This document shows positions 13,393-26,366 of a stretch of DNA of 64,000 bases, piece after piece. A program made the translations under genes and the position numbers. The DNA is from Octopus vulgaris. Its lineage: Eukaryota. The first letter of the stretch is position 1; every line of letters starts with the position of its first letter. A model generated the notes under the pieces. It did no database searches. It was not told where the DNA came from and saw nothing but the letters and a program-made list of their open reading frames with translations. Location of the stretch: contig OX597820.1 in the NCBI GenBank assembly GCA_951406725.2, positions 35,650,001 to 35,714,000 of the forward strand, written 5' to 3'.

Positions 13393-14570
13393 TTAATTAT
13401 CGTATGTATGTAGTGCTTGTGTATGTGTGTATGTACGCGCGCACGTTAATGTGTGAATGCATGTGCATACATGCATGCGTGTTTTCTCATCCTGTTTGGA
13501 GATTTACAGCTTATTCTGATCGGCCACCTGCTAATGTATAAAGTAATGATATTCAAAAAAATGTATTTATATATATACACACATACACACACACTCATAT
13601 ACACATATTTATATGTATGCAATATATATATATATATATATATATATACAAGCATAAACATAAACAAATGCATACACACAAACAAACACATACACAACTT
13701 ACACCTACGTATATGCATGAATATGTATACATTATGTATATATACTTGCATATTCATGAATATATGCATATATCTATCCTGACTACTATACACACCAAAC
13801 ACACTCACACAGACACACACACACGCACACATACAAACCTGCATAAAACTACCACCACCACCAACACCACAAGCAACAACTCCAGTCTTCTCTTCCACCC
13901 CCAGCCCGAAATTCATTTGACACATAATTCTCACACTGTCTCCTGGAGGTCCATCACATTCTTTTGTTCGTACTTAAGGACGTCCATCTCAATGCAAATA
14001 ATATAAGCAAGATATATCTTTTCCACTCTAAATGTCTCCCGTCAAGTTGTCTCTGTATTTCTCATTCTTTTCTGTTTAATATTGTTTATCGGTCACCAGG
14101 TCTATTGTTCTAATTTGAAGATTTACTTTTTGTTTGTTTTTTTTTTATTTTTTGTTTTTGCGGCAAGGAAGCACAAGCTATTAAAAGCTATTATTTAATG
14201 CTGGCGTTAATGCTGGTACTGCTGGTAATGGCAGTAGAAGTGGTGGAGGTCATGCTGGGTTATTGTTATTTTCCGTCTTCCGATATTGTCCTCAATATTC
14301 TTGTGCTCAACAAAAGGAATTACTGCCTGAGGTGCCCTTGGCGGTCGCGGTGGCCAAAATGCGTGGGGTTCCTTTGTTGGCCCCCGTGGGGGGGGGGGGT
14401 GTAGAGGCCTCACCGCTTGCGGGGAATTTTCTTGCTAAATCTTAGTTGTTAATTATTATTGTTTTATTTCATTTTCATACACAAATATTGTGCTAAGCTC
14501 CACTTGTCCTTTTTGTTGTATTGACTCTTTTTGCTTTGTGTTGGGCCTTTGTGGCAAATAAATTAATAAA

Positions 14571-15200
14571 GCGGCGAGTTGTCACAGTCGTTAGCACGCC
14601 GGACGAAATGCCGATTAGTATTTCGTTCGTATTTACGTTCTGGGTTCAAATTCCGCTGAGTTCGACTTTGCCTCTCATCCTTTCGGGATCGATTAAATAA
14701 GTACCAGTTACGCAGTGAGGTTAATGTAATCGACTAGTCACAGCCCCACAAATTTCAGCTCCTGTGCCTATAGTAGACAGGCTTATAATTATCATTATTA
14801 AAGAAGCTAGTTGGCAGAATCGTTAGCACACTTGCATTTCATCTAGACCTTCTGAATTCAAGTTTTGTTGAGGTCGACTTCAATCTTCATCATTCATTGG
14901 GGCCGATAAAACAAGTACCAGTTGATCAATGGAGTTGGTGTAATCGACTTACCTTCTACTTAGAAATTGCTGGCCTTGGGCCAAAATTTGAAATAATTAT
15001 TATTAAAGCAGCCAGATGGTAGAATCAGAACAAATGCCGATAAGCGTTTCGTCTTTACGTTTCTGAGTTCAAATTCTGCTGAGTTGGACTTTGCCTTTCA
15101 TCCAATGGGGCCGATAAAACACGTATCAGTTGATCAGTTGGGTTGATATAATCGACTAGCCCTCTCCACGAACTCGCTAGCCTTGTACAAAAATTTGAAA
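14571..15200 (+). mobile_element. Three tandem, diverged copies of SINE family C
   Basis: Each copy has GGCAGAATCGTTAGCAC-like, GTTCAAATTCCGCTGAG-like and CATCC...GATAAA...AGTACCAGTT...TAATCGACT blocks and an (ATT)n-like tail. Confidence 0.8.
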
Positions 15201-15520
15201 CCTTTATTACTATTATTATCATAGTTGTTCATCGTTATTCCTCTTGAAAGCAGGTGCCAGTCGGATCCTGTTCGCGATTACACCCATCCATTTTGCCAGT
15301 TCTTTTAATCTTTCTTTCTTATTTTTTTTTTTATTTTACTCGTTTCACTTACAAGGTTACGGCCATGTGGAGGATACAGATTTGGAGTATTTCATTCAAT
15401 TGAATACATCTACCTCCGAAAAGCTCGTACTAATTTCACTAGTCTCATACTGTTGAACCATCAAGATACGGGGACATAAGAAAATGCAGCACCGGTTGTC
15501 AAATGCAAGAATATAAGCGT

Positions 15521-15558
<38 letters not shown>

Positions 15559-15758
15559 ACACCTATGCATATGTAGCTATTTTTGTTTCTTTCTTTCTTT
15601 TTCACAACCTTTCATTTATAGTCTTCTGGTTAAGAACTAACGTCCGAAACGTCAAAACCCTTTACCTTCCCTGTAGGCGTTAAACTAATACATTTGTTTA
15701 AACTTGTCCCTCTTGTACTACCATTTCCCCTTAGCCTAGTATGTATATGTGTGTGTGT

Positions 15759-15972
15759 GGAGACGCGTGGCTTAGTGGTTAGGGCGACGCGTTATGTTCT
15801 TGAGTAAAACACTTCATTTCACGTTGCTCCAGTCCACTCAGCTGGCAAAAATGAGTAACGCTGCGATGGACTGGCGTCCCGTTCAGCTGAGGAACACATA
15901 CGCCATTGAAACTGGAAAACCGAGCCCATGAGCCTGGCTAGGCTTTAAAAGGGCGCATTTATTTTATTTATT
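15759..15972 (+). mobile_element. SINE family B copy with a deletion in the tRNA head
   Basis: Near-identical to 4602-4860 apart from the missing B-box region. Confidence 0.85.
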
Positions 15973-15981
15973 ATATGTACA

Positions 15982-16012
<31 letters not shown>

Positions 16013-16430
16013 GCATACCTACATATAGAGAGAGGGGGGAGAGAAAGAGAGAGAGACATACATAAACACACATACATACATTTATATATATATATTTACA
16101 TGCGCGAAGTGCTTCCATAAAGTTTCCATGTACTAAATTTTCTCATAAGCTACTCTAAAGGTATTAGAACTATAGTAAGAAGTCACTATCCCAATTTGCC
16201 GTGCTGTGAAACGGAACTCGAAACCACGTGGTAGCAAAACGAGCTTCTTACCTACACAACCTTACTTTTATGTTTATAAACATTTCAACAGATAAATGGA
16301 AAGACAGACACATATACACATGTTTATGTATGCATACAAACATCTATACATGCATACAGATAGATAAATAGATGATTGATAAATACATTACTAGATAAAC
16401 AGACAGAGGGATAACCAAATAGATAGAAGC

Positions 16431-16535
<105 letters not shown>

Positions 16536-16668
16536 AAGATAGGTAAACACGCAGGTAGGTAGAAGATAAATAAGTTAGAGAGGTTATGTAGGCAGGTAAG
16601 TAAACATGTAAGTTTATTGATTGATGTATATATACAGGTAATAAGATATGGAGACGATAGAGATGCAG

Positions 16669-16718
<50 letters not shown>

Positions 16719-17398
16719 ACAGAGAGAAAGAGCGAGAAGGAATAGGAGAACAGCAAGAAATTTAGATCACAAGAGAAGAGGAAAGAACGAAAGTACACGG
16801 AAAAGAAAAATAAGAAATGAAGGTCAAACAATTGAAGAACAAACAGAAGATAAACGTGAGGGGAAAAAAACGAAAGAAAGGAGGAGACACCCGACCATGT
16901 ATTCAGAGAAGGTGGTTGATTGCCAAATATCTTAACATAGATGCTGAGAATAAGATATTTAGACTTCGACAAAGCAGACGTTTATGATTGAAAAGTGAAT
17001 CAAGCCATTTTCTGAGTTTATTTTTTCGTTTCTTTCCTTAGCCTTTTCCACAGTTTTTTTATTCATTGTTTTGTTAAACCGGAAATAGCTGCTGTCTATA
17101 CAGAAAGAACTTAATTTCGTCGTTATTGGTAAAGCAATCGCTCATATATCGTAAACTATAAGATATGTTGGCGTCCACGTGTTTAATGCCGATACTATTA
17201 AAAAGCAAAGATATATTTATTTACAAAAGGCAAACAAATAAAAAGCAAACAATATTAGTCTTTATTTATTCTATAATTTTTTTTCTGACAAATACGGGTT
17301 CTTCACACCCTGAAGAAGCTGCAGAAAACTTATGCCCGGTTGAATGACCAACTACCCGTACTTTATACAGTGGAAACACGTTGTAATTCGTAACAACC

Positions 17399-17814
17399 GG
17401 ATCTTTTCGGTTTGAACGGCAGTTTTTAACATAATTTCTAGGTAACTAAAAAATGTTAAACTTCGTATACTGGTAGAATGTGTTTATAAAACATCTTTTC
17501 TCTTGGCTTTACTGAGAAAATTCTATAGTTTGTAAGATATTTGTTGCTTTTTTTCTTCAATTTCTGCAATTTCAACCAATCAATGACGTCCATTGAGGTA
17601 AACAACATTCTGTGCCGTATGAATATGTCCCTCGTTTAAGAAACAGATTGGGTTTATTTACATTTGTGAAGAAAAATAGATACCCTTCCCCCCACCCCTA
17701 ACCCTAACCCTAAAACAGATTGGAATGCAATAGATCGATACTAGGGTCATTATTATGGGTGACAATTTCATATGACACCGCTAGAAAAAACTGCCGTTCA
17801 AACCGAAAAGATCC
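17399..17814. mobile_element. Merlin-like MITE (416 bp) with internal telomeric repeats
   Basis: 29-bp TIR GGATCTTTTCGGTTTGAACGGCAGTTTTT, GG...CC termini, perfect 8-bp TSD TAACAACC (17391-17398, 17815-17822), and (CCCTAA)3 at about 17696-17713. Confidence 0.85.
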
Positions 17815-18260
17815 TAACAACCATATAAATATGCTGTATGAAATTGTAAAATAAGACGTAAATGAACAAGTTTCCATATTCTATATAGTTTTAATTATTG
17901 CTAATATATATATATATATATTCTCTCAGCGTTTACTATCTTCCTCTCGTTCTGGTCTAACGACCCTTCATGTTTGTTTTCGTTCGGTTTCCTTGTATGT
18001 CTCCACTCATCCGTTTTTGTTTCCATCTTTGACCCTCCATAAATCCTAAATTTTATTTTAGAATTTATGGGAGCAACTGTCTTTGAAGACTCATATTGTC
18101 GTTGAATGCTCGAAAAGATGAGTACATAGACAGCCGAAAGCTCTGTGTTTACTTGTCCTGTTTTCCATTTTTTTCGTACTTAACTCGTTTGTTTACGTAT
18201 TTCATGTTGTTTGCACAGTTGGTGACGCCTTATACCCATATATTCATATATATATATATA

Positions 18261-18458
18261 TTCTTTTATTCGTTTTCAGTCATTTTGACTGCGACCATGC
18301 TGGAGCAGCGCCTTTAGCTGAGCAAATTGGCCCCAGGACTTATTCTTTGTAAGTCTAATACTTATTCTATCGGTATCTTTTGCCGAACCACTAGGTTACG
18401 AGGATGTAAACACACCAGCATCAGTTGTCAAGCGATATTGGGATACGCACACACACAT

Positions 18459-18500
<42 letters not shown>

Positions 18501-18668
18501 GTACAACGGGATTCTTTCAGTTTCCGTCTACCAAATCCACTCGCAAGGCTTTGGTCGGCCCGAGGCTAGATAGTAAAAGACGCTTGCCCAAGGTGCCACG
18601 CAGTGGGACTGAACCTGGAACCATGTGGTTGGATAGGAAGCTATTTACCACACAGCTACTCCTGCGCC
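18261..18668 (-). mobile_element. SINE family A, full length
   Basis: Reverse complement of 3641-4040 over its whole length. Confidence 0.9.
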
Positions 18669-18693
18669 TATATATATATATATGTGTGTGTGT

Positions 18694-18738
<45 letters not shown>

Positions 18739-19311
18739 TTTGTTTACGTCCCCGTAACCTAGAGGTTCGGCAAAAAAAGATCGATGAAATAAATTCAAGG
18801 CTTACAATGAATAAGTCCTGCGGTCGATTTCTTTGACTAAAAACACTTTAAGGTGGTGTTTCAGCATGGCCGCAGTCAGGTGACTGAAACAAATAAAAGA
18901 GTATGTATGTATGTGTGCGCGCGCGAGTGTGTGTAAGTACCTGCACAATGCTTATGCAAGCCGCCTTCTCTCGAGCTGTCACATCTCAGGATGCTCCACT
19001 GGATCATGTATAAAGGTGAGGATCAAGAAGATATCTGTATCTGCTTACATGGTCTCCTGAAACTAATAGCGAAAGTAGTAAGAAATAGACTAATTCCAAG
19101 TTACCCTCGACTCCAATGTCGATAGTTTAACATAAAGGCATAAAATGGCGATTAGCCTCCAAAATATATGTACAGCTTTTGAAATAAAACTAAAAGAAGG
19201 AAACTGATGAATTTCCATTTACTCTTAAAAATATGTATTTTTAAAGCGAATTAAGCATTTATTGTTTTTTATTTCTTTTTCATATATTTCAGTTTTGTGA
19301 CAATCACAGTA

Positions 19312-19379
<68 letters not shown>

Positions 19380-19384
<5 letters not shown>

Positions 19385-19587
19385 GCGAGCAGGCCAACAG
19401 AAGAAAAAGTGAGAGAAATTTGTGGCGAAAGAGTACAGCAGGGATCGCCACCATCCCCTGCCGGAGCTTCGTGGAGCTTTAGGTGTTTTCACTCAATAAA
19501 CACACACAACGCCCGGTCTGGGAATCGAAACCGCGATCCTACGACCGTGAGTCCGCTGCCCTAACCACTGGGCTATTGCGCCTCCAC
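19380..19587 (-). mobile_element. tRNA-derived SINE, family D
   Basis: Minus-strand head GGAGGCGCAATAGCCCAGTGGTTAGGGCAGCGGACTCACGGTCGTAGGATCGCGGTTTCGATTCCC with A and B boxes, followed by a non-tRNA body. Confidence 0.75.
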
Positions 19588-20183
19588 AAGGGGTATATTC
19601 CTTGTGTTGTATGCCTCGTACTCTGGGTTTTTTTTTTTCTTTGTTTGAAAAATAGTTCGTTTCTATGTTTTTGTGTTTATGTTTTCGTTTCTCATTGTGT
19701 TCAACGTTTTTTTTTTATGTCCTGTAGCCATATATGCATGTATACATACATATATACATGTACGTATGTACATATATGTATGTATATATGCATATATTTA
19801 TATATTATTTATATTATATAGAGAGAGAGGCGGGGAGAAAGACAGACAGACAGACAGACAGATATGTAAATAGATTTGTTTAGAAGCAATCGGGACACAA
19901 AATAAGTATCATTCAGAAGTCTAAGAAAGCAAAATAATTCTGTTATATCCATTTAATTTTGGTGTCATACGTTCCGCTTCACTGGATTGTATATTATTTT
20001 CTTAGCAATTAAATAGAAAGCTATTTAGATAGGTAAATAGATAGATTAACAGATAATTATGAATAGATAAGGGGAACATGTATGTGTGAGCATATATATA
20101 TATATATATATAATATATTCCATGTATATAATACACACACACACAGGTACGCGTGTGTGTGTATGTATACACACATACACACA

Positions 20184-20262
<79 letters not shown>

Positions 20263-20488
20263 TGAAGTAGATAAATGAATTATCTTATTACGGATAATTC
20301 AAATGATAACCGATACCTGGGTAGCAAAAATCACAACAGAAAGAGCACGGTTGAAGTTATGACCATATATACTTAATATATATATATATATATAAAAAAA
20401 GGTTTGAAAATGCAATTTAAACGATGTTTATTTACTTAACCGGTTTCACTCTTTGGTAAAAGATTGTCAAAAGTTACATTTAAGGAAA

Positions 20489-20717
20489 CATTGAATAATA
20501 TGGGTTCAAAAAAAGTTTTTTACATAATTGTCACATTGAATATTATGCATTCAAAAAAGTTTTTTACATAATTGTACATTGGATATTATGGGTTCAAAAA
20601 AAGTTTTTTACATAATTGTCACATTGAATATTATGCATTCAAAAAGTTTTTTACATAATTGTCACATTGGATATTATGAATTCAAAAATGTTTTTTTATA
20701 CATAATTGTCACATTAT
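20489..20717. repeat. Minisatellite, ~44-bp unit, about 5 copies
   Basis: Unit approximately CATTGAATATTATGGGTTCAAAAAAGTTTTTTACATAATTGTCA. Confidence 0.85.
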
Positions 20718-20803
20718 TTGGGAAAATTTGGCAGAAAAGGATAAAACAAATATATTATTGGGAATTGGTTGCGTTAATTATTGGTTGTCGCAAATTGTCA
20801 CAT

Positions 20804-20852
<49 letters not shown>

Positions 20853-20853
20853 C

Positions 20854-20882
<29 letters not shown>

Positions 20883-20885
<3 letters not shown>

Positions 20886-22176
20886 GTATACCTCACCCTA
20901 CGTCGTTAATTGGTTCCAGGGGACACGACTTAAGCCGAAAAATGACTTAAGTCAAATTAACTTATTTCTAGGCTAGGCTAGGCTAGGCCGAATTTACTTG
21001 TCTCTCTGCTAAACCGATAATAACCATTCCTAGTTCTGTACTTTATTTATGAATGCATTGTAAATAAAAACTTATTTTAAGCTTACAAGCAAACAATTTT
21101 TATTTATTAATACAGTACAGTAAAAAAACAAATAATCTAAACTTACGAATACAATTTGGCTGTGTCTACCGTACATCGCGGACGCTTTATTTATGAATGT
21201 GGTTTGCAATACGAAATGGTAAAATAAAGCCTTTTTTAAGCAAAAACCAAATTCAGTAATTATTACTATTTTGCAATAGGAAAAAAAAACTAGGTACCAA
21301 TGCGTACATACAATTTTGTGGTTCACATCGTGGATGTAGATGGTTGTAGCTCGTCAACATCAATAACTGACTCTGGCTGTTCTTGTTCGATACGTTAAAA
21401 AAAAACCGGTTGAGAGTTCCTTGAACTGTCTTCTTCTTCGTTTCTTTCGTGACAAGTCCCCATAATCTTGGAAAAACGCTGAGCATTTGGAGCCATATAC
21501 TCGAACATAGAAAACCCTTTTTCGATATATGCAAATGCTTGCTGCATTTACTTAATGGCAAAATGACGTGGCTCAGGTTCGATTTCCTCTTCTTTATTTT
21601 GCTGCTCGTGAAGCTCTATAAAATCCTCGTTCGTCAGGGGTTGCTTGCCTTTTTCAAATAAATCTGTAAAATCCTTCGCCTTCAAATCAATTTCCAGTTC
21701 TTTGCTCTAGTTTTGTTGATTTCAACATTATCAAACCCTTTAAAATCATTCATGAATTGCGGGCATAGCTTCTTCCATACACCATTCATAGCCGTACTCT
21801 GCACATCATTCCATACCGCTGTTATATTCTGTCCAGCCTTGTAGATTTCCTATCTCTTCCAAAAGTCATGAAATGTGATGGACTCTTCAAGATCAGTTGC
21901 AGCTATTGCCTGACGTAGCGTACGCTTCTTATAGTAACGCTTAAAGATAACAATTATCCCCTGACTCATTGGCTGCAGAAGAGACGTGGTGCTCGGAGGG
22001 AAGTATACGACGGTAACGTTGGGGTCAAAAATCTACGATGTTTTGCGGGTGGCCAGGAGCATTATCTAAGATAAGTAAAACCTTAAAAGGAATCCCCTTC
22101 TCCTTACAGTACTTCTCTGCTGCTGGGATAAAATGATTGAAGAACCAATCTTCAAAACAACAACAGTAACCCATAC
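20883..22176 (-). pseudogene. Tigger/pogo-family DNA transposon, 3' half with a DDE_1 fragment
   Basis: Minus translation FEDWFFNHFIPAAEKYCKEKGIPFKVLLILDNAPGHP...VVYFPPSTTSLLQPMSQGII...FKRYY...VWKKLCPQF. Tigger-like TIR CAGGTATACCTC at 20883. Stops and frameshifts present. Confidence 0.92.
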
Positions 22177-22315
22177 TACACAGAGTTTCACGTTCCCGTT
22201 CGTCTGACAGTTATCACAACTATCCGACGAACGCATTTATTAATAATCCTTTCTATTACTGAAACCATTATTAATAAAAGTATGAATTAATTCTCCTGTT
22301 TTATTCTACTTTAGG

Positions 22316-22425
<110 letters not shown>

Positions 22426-22768
22426 ACGTACAGCAATCAAATTGCTCTCATTAAAGCTTTCAGATAAAATGCATGCATATATATATATATTTATATATAT
22501 GTATATATATATATATTCATATATACGACGGGCTTCTTTCAGTTTCCGTCTACCAAATCCACTCACAAGGCTTTGATCGGCCCGAGGCTATAGTAGAAGT
22601 TTTGGGCCAAAGTGCCGGGAAGCAAGCTACTTACCATGCAGCCACTCCTGCTTATTATTATCATCGTTTTAATTGTACGAAAAAAAGTTGTCTTTGCGCT
22701 ACAGTTGAAGTAGTAATTGGAAGAAGTTGAACATTTTAAGACTCGTTTAGGCATACGTGTTTCAGTGC

Positions 22769-22866
<98 letters not shown>

Positions 22867-23206
22867 ATCCCTGATCACATAAATATATAGGATAGTTAGA
22901 AACATAGTTGACATATTTTACACCTTCAACACATATATATATATATATATATTCAAATAACTTGGTTTCCTTCCGTCTGGTTCCATCACCCACCTTCTTC
23001 CAATTATCATTATCCTCTCTTTCTTCCTTGGCTTGCCCCTTCATATCGCAGTTTCCCCTTAATCGCCCACTTGCAGTCTTTAACCTTCTTCCTACTTATC
23101 TATCGTCGAAACTTTTAACGAACCTAATTCCAAGCCCCTAGGCCTATCTATCTGTCAATTCGTCAATCAATCAGCTCTCTGTTTCTCTTTCTGTTTCTCT
23201 CTTTCA

Positions 23207-23244
<38 letters not shown>

Positions 23245-23287
23245 ATACATACATACGTACATATATATATGTGTGTGTGTATGTATG

Positions 23288-23350
<63 letters not shown>

Positions 23351-23403
23351 GTTTAAATATTTGTTGTGCAAGATTTTTTATGTGAAGTCGTGAGTTGAAA
23401 CAG

Positions 23404-23891
23404 ATATTGTTATATTTCGGAATGGTCATATTGCCAGTTTAGCCAATAAAAACACACGCACTATATATTTGGTGTTATTTTGCTTCAGTGATATTTATTT
23501 TTTACATTAATCTTAATCTTATTTCGGCCAAAGTTCTTTCGTCACACTCCTGTGACCGCATCAGTGGTCCTTTGTTTTCTTCTCACTTACTTGTGTCTCT
23601 CCTTACTAACCGTCAGCCATTTTGTATTTCTATTGTATGTCTTCATTTGCACATGCTTATATCTCTATGTGCGTCTATGTTTATTTAGTGTGTGTGTGGG
23701 GGGGATGCCTGTAATATTTGTATCTTCTGGTTATATACATTCTTGTAATTTGTATTTTGTTTTTGTTGTTGTTGCTTTTGTTCTAATTTTGTTCATGTGT
23801 TTACATCCACCCATTATTATCATTACATATGCTTGTATGTATGTATAACAACAATATTAGTAATAATAATAATAAATCTAATCGAGAAAAA
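23404..23891 (-). repeat. Penelope pseudo-LTR (3' copy, 488 bp)
   Basis: Reverse complement of 24744-25231. ORF-track translations 23488-23688/24947-25147 and 23552-23848/24787-25083 are identical. Confidence 0.95.
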
Positions 23892-24077
23892 AAAAAAAAA
23901 GAATATACATATACATATATATATATACATACATATACATATACATATATATACATATATACACACATATATACACATATACATATACATATATATACAC
24001 ATATACATATATATAGATATTCATTTCTATTTCTTTAATTACCTGTGTATTTATTATGTTTGCAGGATCCACTATTG

Positions 24078-24806
24078 TCATATGTTGTGGTGTGCGCTAT
24101 TGCTCCATTCTAGTTTTCTATTCAGGCTAGGTTTATTTTCTATTATATGTGTAGCTTCTGTAATTTGTCTAATTGTTGCATCTGTTCTATGTGTGGACAA
24201 TATCTTAATCTCTATGTTATTGATTGATCCCCCGTGTTCTTGTTCGGCGTGTTGGTACAGAATCGATGAGCTTTTACCTTCCTTGAGTTGTCTCCAATGT
24301 TCATTCACCCGCTCACCAATGCTTCTTGCAGTTTCCCCTACGTATGTTACTGTCTTGTTACTGCATCGTCCCTCTATACATCTTATACTATAGACCACAT
24401 TTCTGGCTTTACAGTTCGTTTGTGGGCTAAATCTACATACAGTGCAATAGTTTTCCGTACAGAGAGTTCTACTAAAAGGATAGGTTCTACCAATTATAGA
24501 TCTGATAGGGTTGCCTGGCTTTTCAACAACCTTAATTCTTAGTTTAAGTTTATCTAGGGTCCTTCTAAAGCGGTACGCTAGTTCACCTCCAGGGGTGGTG
24601 TCAACGAACATGACACTCTGGTATTTATGGCTATCATACCAAGAGTTGGCCTTCCTTATTTTCTTTTTTGTCCTTTCTATAGTGTTCCATGACTTGTTCC
24701 TATATAGTGGGCAAATCCCATTCCTATCATTACATAATATATATTTTTCTCGATTAGATTTATTATTATTATTACTAATATTGTTGTTATACATACATAC
24801 AAGCAT
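24078..24806 (-). CDS. C-terminal part of a Penelope-like polyprotein: post-RT linker with Cys cluster plus GIY-YIG endonuclease; the first 21 aa derive from the antisense pLTR
   Basis: Motifs CTENYCTVC...C, NVVYSIRC...C...YVGETARSIGERVNEH...YQH...ITE...PSLN (GIY, YIG, catalytic R/E/N, CCHH). No RT core. The frame is uninterrupted. Confidence 0.9.
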   Translation of the reverse strand: MLVCMYNNNISNNNNKSNREKYILCNDRNGICPLYRNKSWNTIERTKKKIRKANSWYDSHKYQSVMFVDTTPGGELAYRFRRTLDKLKLRIKVVEKPGNPIRSIIGRTYPFSRTLCTENYCTVCRFSPQTNCKARNVVYSIRCIEGRCSNKTVTYVGETARSIGERVNEHWRQLKEGKSSSILYQHAEQEHGGSINNIEIKILSTHRTDATIRQITEATHIIENKPSLNRKLEWSNSAHHNI

Positions 24807-25231
24807 ATGTAATGATAATAATGGGTGGATGTAAACACATGAACAAAATTAGAACAAAAGCAACAACAACAAAAACAAAATACAAATTACAAGAATGTAT
24901 ATAACCAGAAGATACAAATATTACAGGCATCCCCCCCACACACACACTAAATAAACATAGACGCACATAGAGATATAAGCATGTGCAAATGAAGACATAC
25001 AATAGAAATACAAAATGGCTGACGGTTAGTAAGGAGAGACACAAGTAAGTGAGAAGAAAACAAAGGACCACTGATGCGGTCACAGGAGTGTGACGAAAGA
25101 ACTTTGGCCGAAATAAGATTAAGATTAATGTAAAAAATAAATATCACTGAAGCAAAATAACACCAAATATATAGTGCGTGTGTTTTTATTGGCTAAACTG
25201 GCAATATGACCATTCCGAAATATAACAATAT
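24744..25231 (+). repeat. Inverted pseudo-LTR (5' copy)
   Basis: Reverse complement of 23404-23891. Confidence 0.95.
25065..25109 (+). ncRNA. Minimal hammerhead-like motif in the pLTR, variant core (mirror copy at 23526-23570, minus)
   Basis: GGACCA-CTGATGCG-GTCACA-GGAG-TGTGAC-GAAA-GAAC-TT-TGGCC. Perfect 6-bp stem II, weak stem I (CCA/TGG), and C in place of the canonical A9. Confidence 0.55.
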
Positions 25232-26074
25232 ATATATATATATATACTATATACATATATACACTCTAAGTATATGTGTAGTGTATGTGTGTATGTATGT
25301 ATGTAAGTATGTATGTACGATTGTGGCACAAGAGAAAGACAAAGGAACATACAGAAAACTGGAAAAAGCATAGAAAGGACCTGGACAAGATCACTCCTCT
25401 CACTTATCAACCAAAAGTCATCACAATTTCGACGCCTTATTTATGATATCGTTCAACATGTGGCGTCAAAAGCAATAATTCGCTGGGATATAAATGAACC
25501 GAGGTGAAGGACAAAATGAGACAAGCAAAGAAAATGAATAAATAAAAGACAGGGTCTCTTCACCAACAGGTAAAAGGGATGAGTTATGAAGAGAACAGGA
25601 AAGTATATAAAACGATAAAGCAAAGACGGTAACGAAAAAGGAAACATAATAAACGATACAAGTCCTTTTTTTTTTACACGTAGGTGTTCTTTCGGCTATA
25701 CGACGGCATTCAGACAAGATATGTGCGAAATTTAAGGAACGGAAAGAATGTGGTTCTTTCGGATTTTTGGATCGGAAAACCAATAGAGATGTAAGGAAAT
25801 GAAGAAGAAAAGACCGATAAATAGATAGCTGAAGAGAGAGAGAGAGAAAGAGAGAGAGGGGGAAGGGAGATATAGGGAAGTTGTAGAAAATGGAATCCGC
25901 TGTTATTGGGAACCACAGGTGGGACGATGGCGTCGTAACGTCTCATGCGCTTGTTAATAGTAGGTATTCATTTTAACGACATTTGAATTCAGAATGTATA
26001 GCCGGAAGGAAAACACCACAAACTACTGAGGCTGGTGTGCTAGATATTCAGCCAGCCTTCGGAGCCATGACGAT

Positions 26075-26278
26075 AATAATAATGATTTCAAATTTTGGCA
26101 CAAGGCCAGCAATTTCGAGGAGGGGGATTAGACGATGTCATCGACCCCGGTGCTCAACTTGTACTTCTCTTATCGACTCCGAAAGGATGAAAAGCGAAGT
26201 CGACTTCGGTGAAATTTGGACTCAGAACATAAAGACAGACGAAATGCTGCTAAGACTTTTGTCCGGCATACTAACACC
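26075..26278 (-). mobile_element. SINE family C copy
   Basis: Reverse complement of the 14571-type element. Confidence 0.8.
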
Positions 26279-26297
26279 ATTCATGATGATGATGATG

Positions 26298-26366
<69 letters not shown>

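Larger units (their letters stand above)
23350..25231 (-). mobile_element. Penelope-like retroelement, 5'-truncated, with an inverted pseudo-LTR, inserted in (TA)n
   Basis: GIY-YIG ORF between inverted arms 23404-23891 and 24744-25231. An extra ~55-nt tail (23350-23403) is present only on the 3' arm. (TA)n on both flanks. Confidence 0.93.

Noticed and set aside
14240-14568. Possible 3' end of a Tx1/L1-like LINE
   Set aside because: Only a vague resemblance (GTGGCAAATAAA end) with no coding support.
17305-17390. HHR-like CTGAAGA...GAAACACGTTGTA
   Set aside because: Core words and stems II/III are plausible, but no stem I pairing can be formed. At most a decayed pLTR.
20489-20717. CRISPR-like regular repeats (also 36210-37111)
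   Set aside because: No unique spacers, no cas genes, and a eukaryotic context. These are minisatellites.
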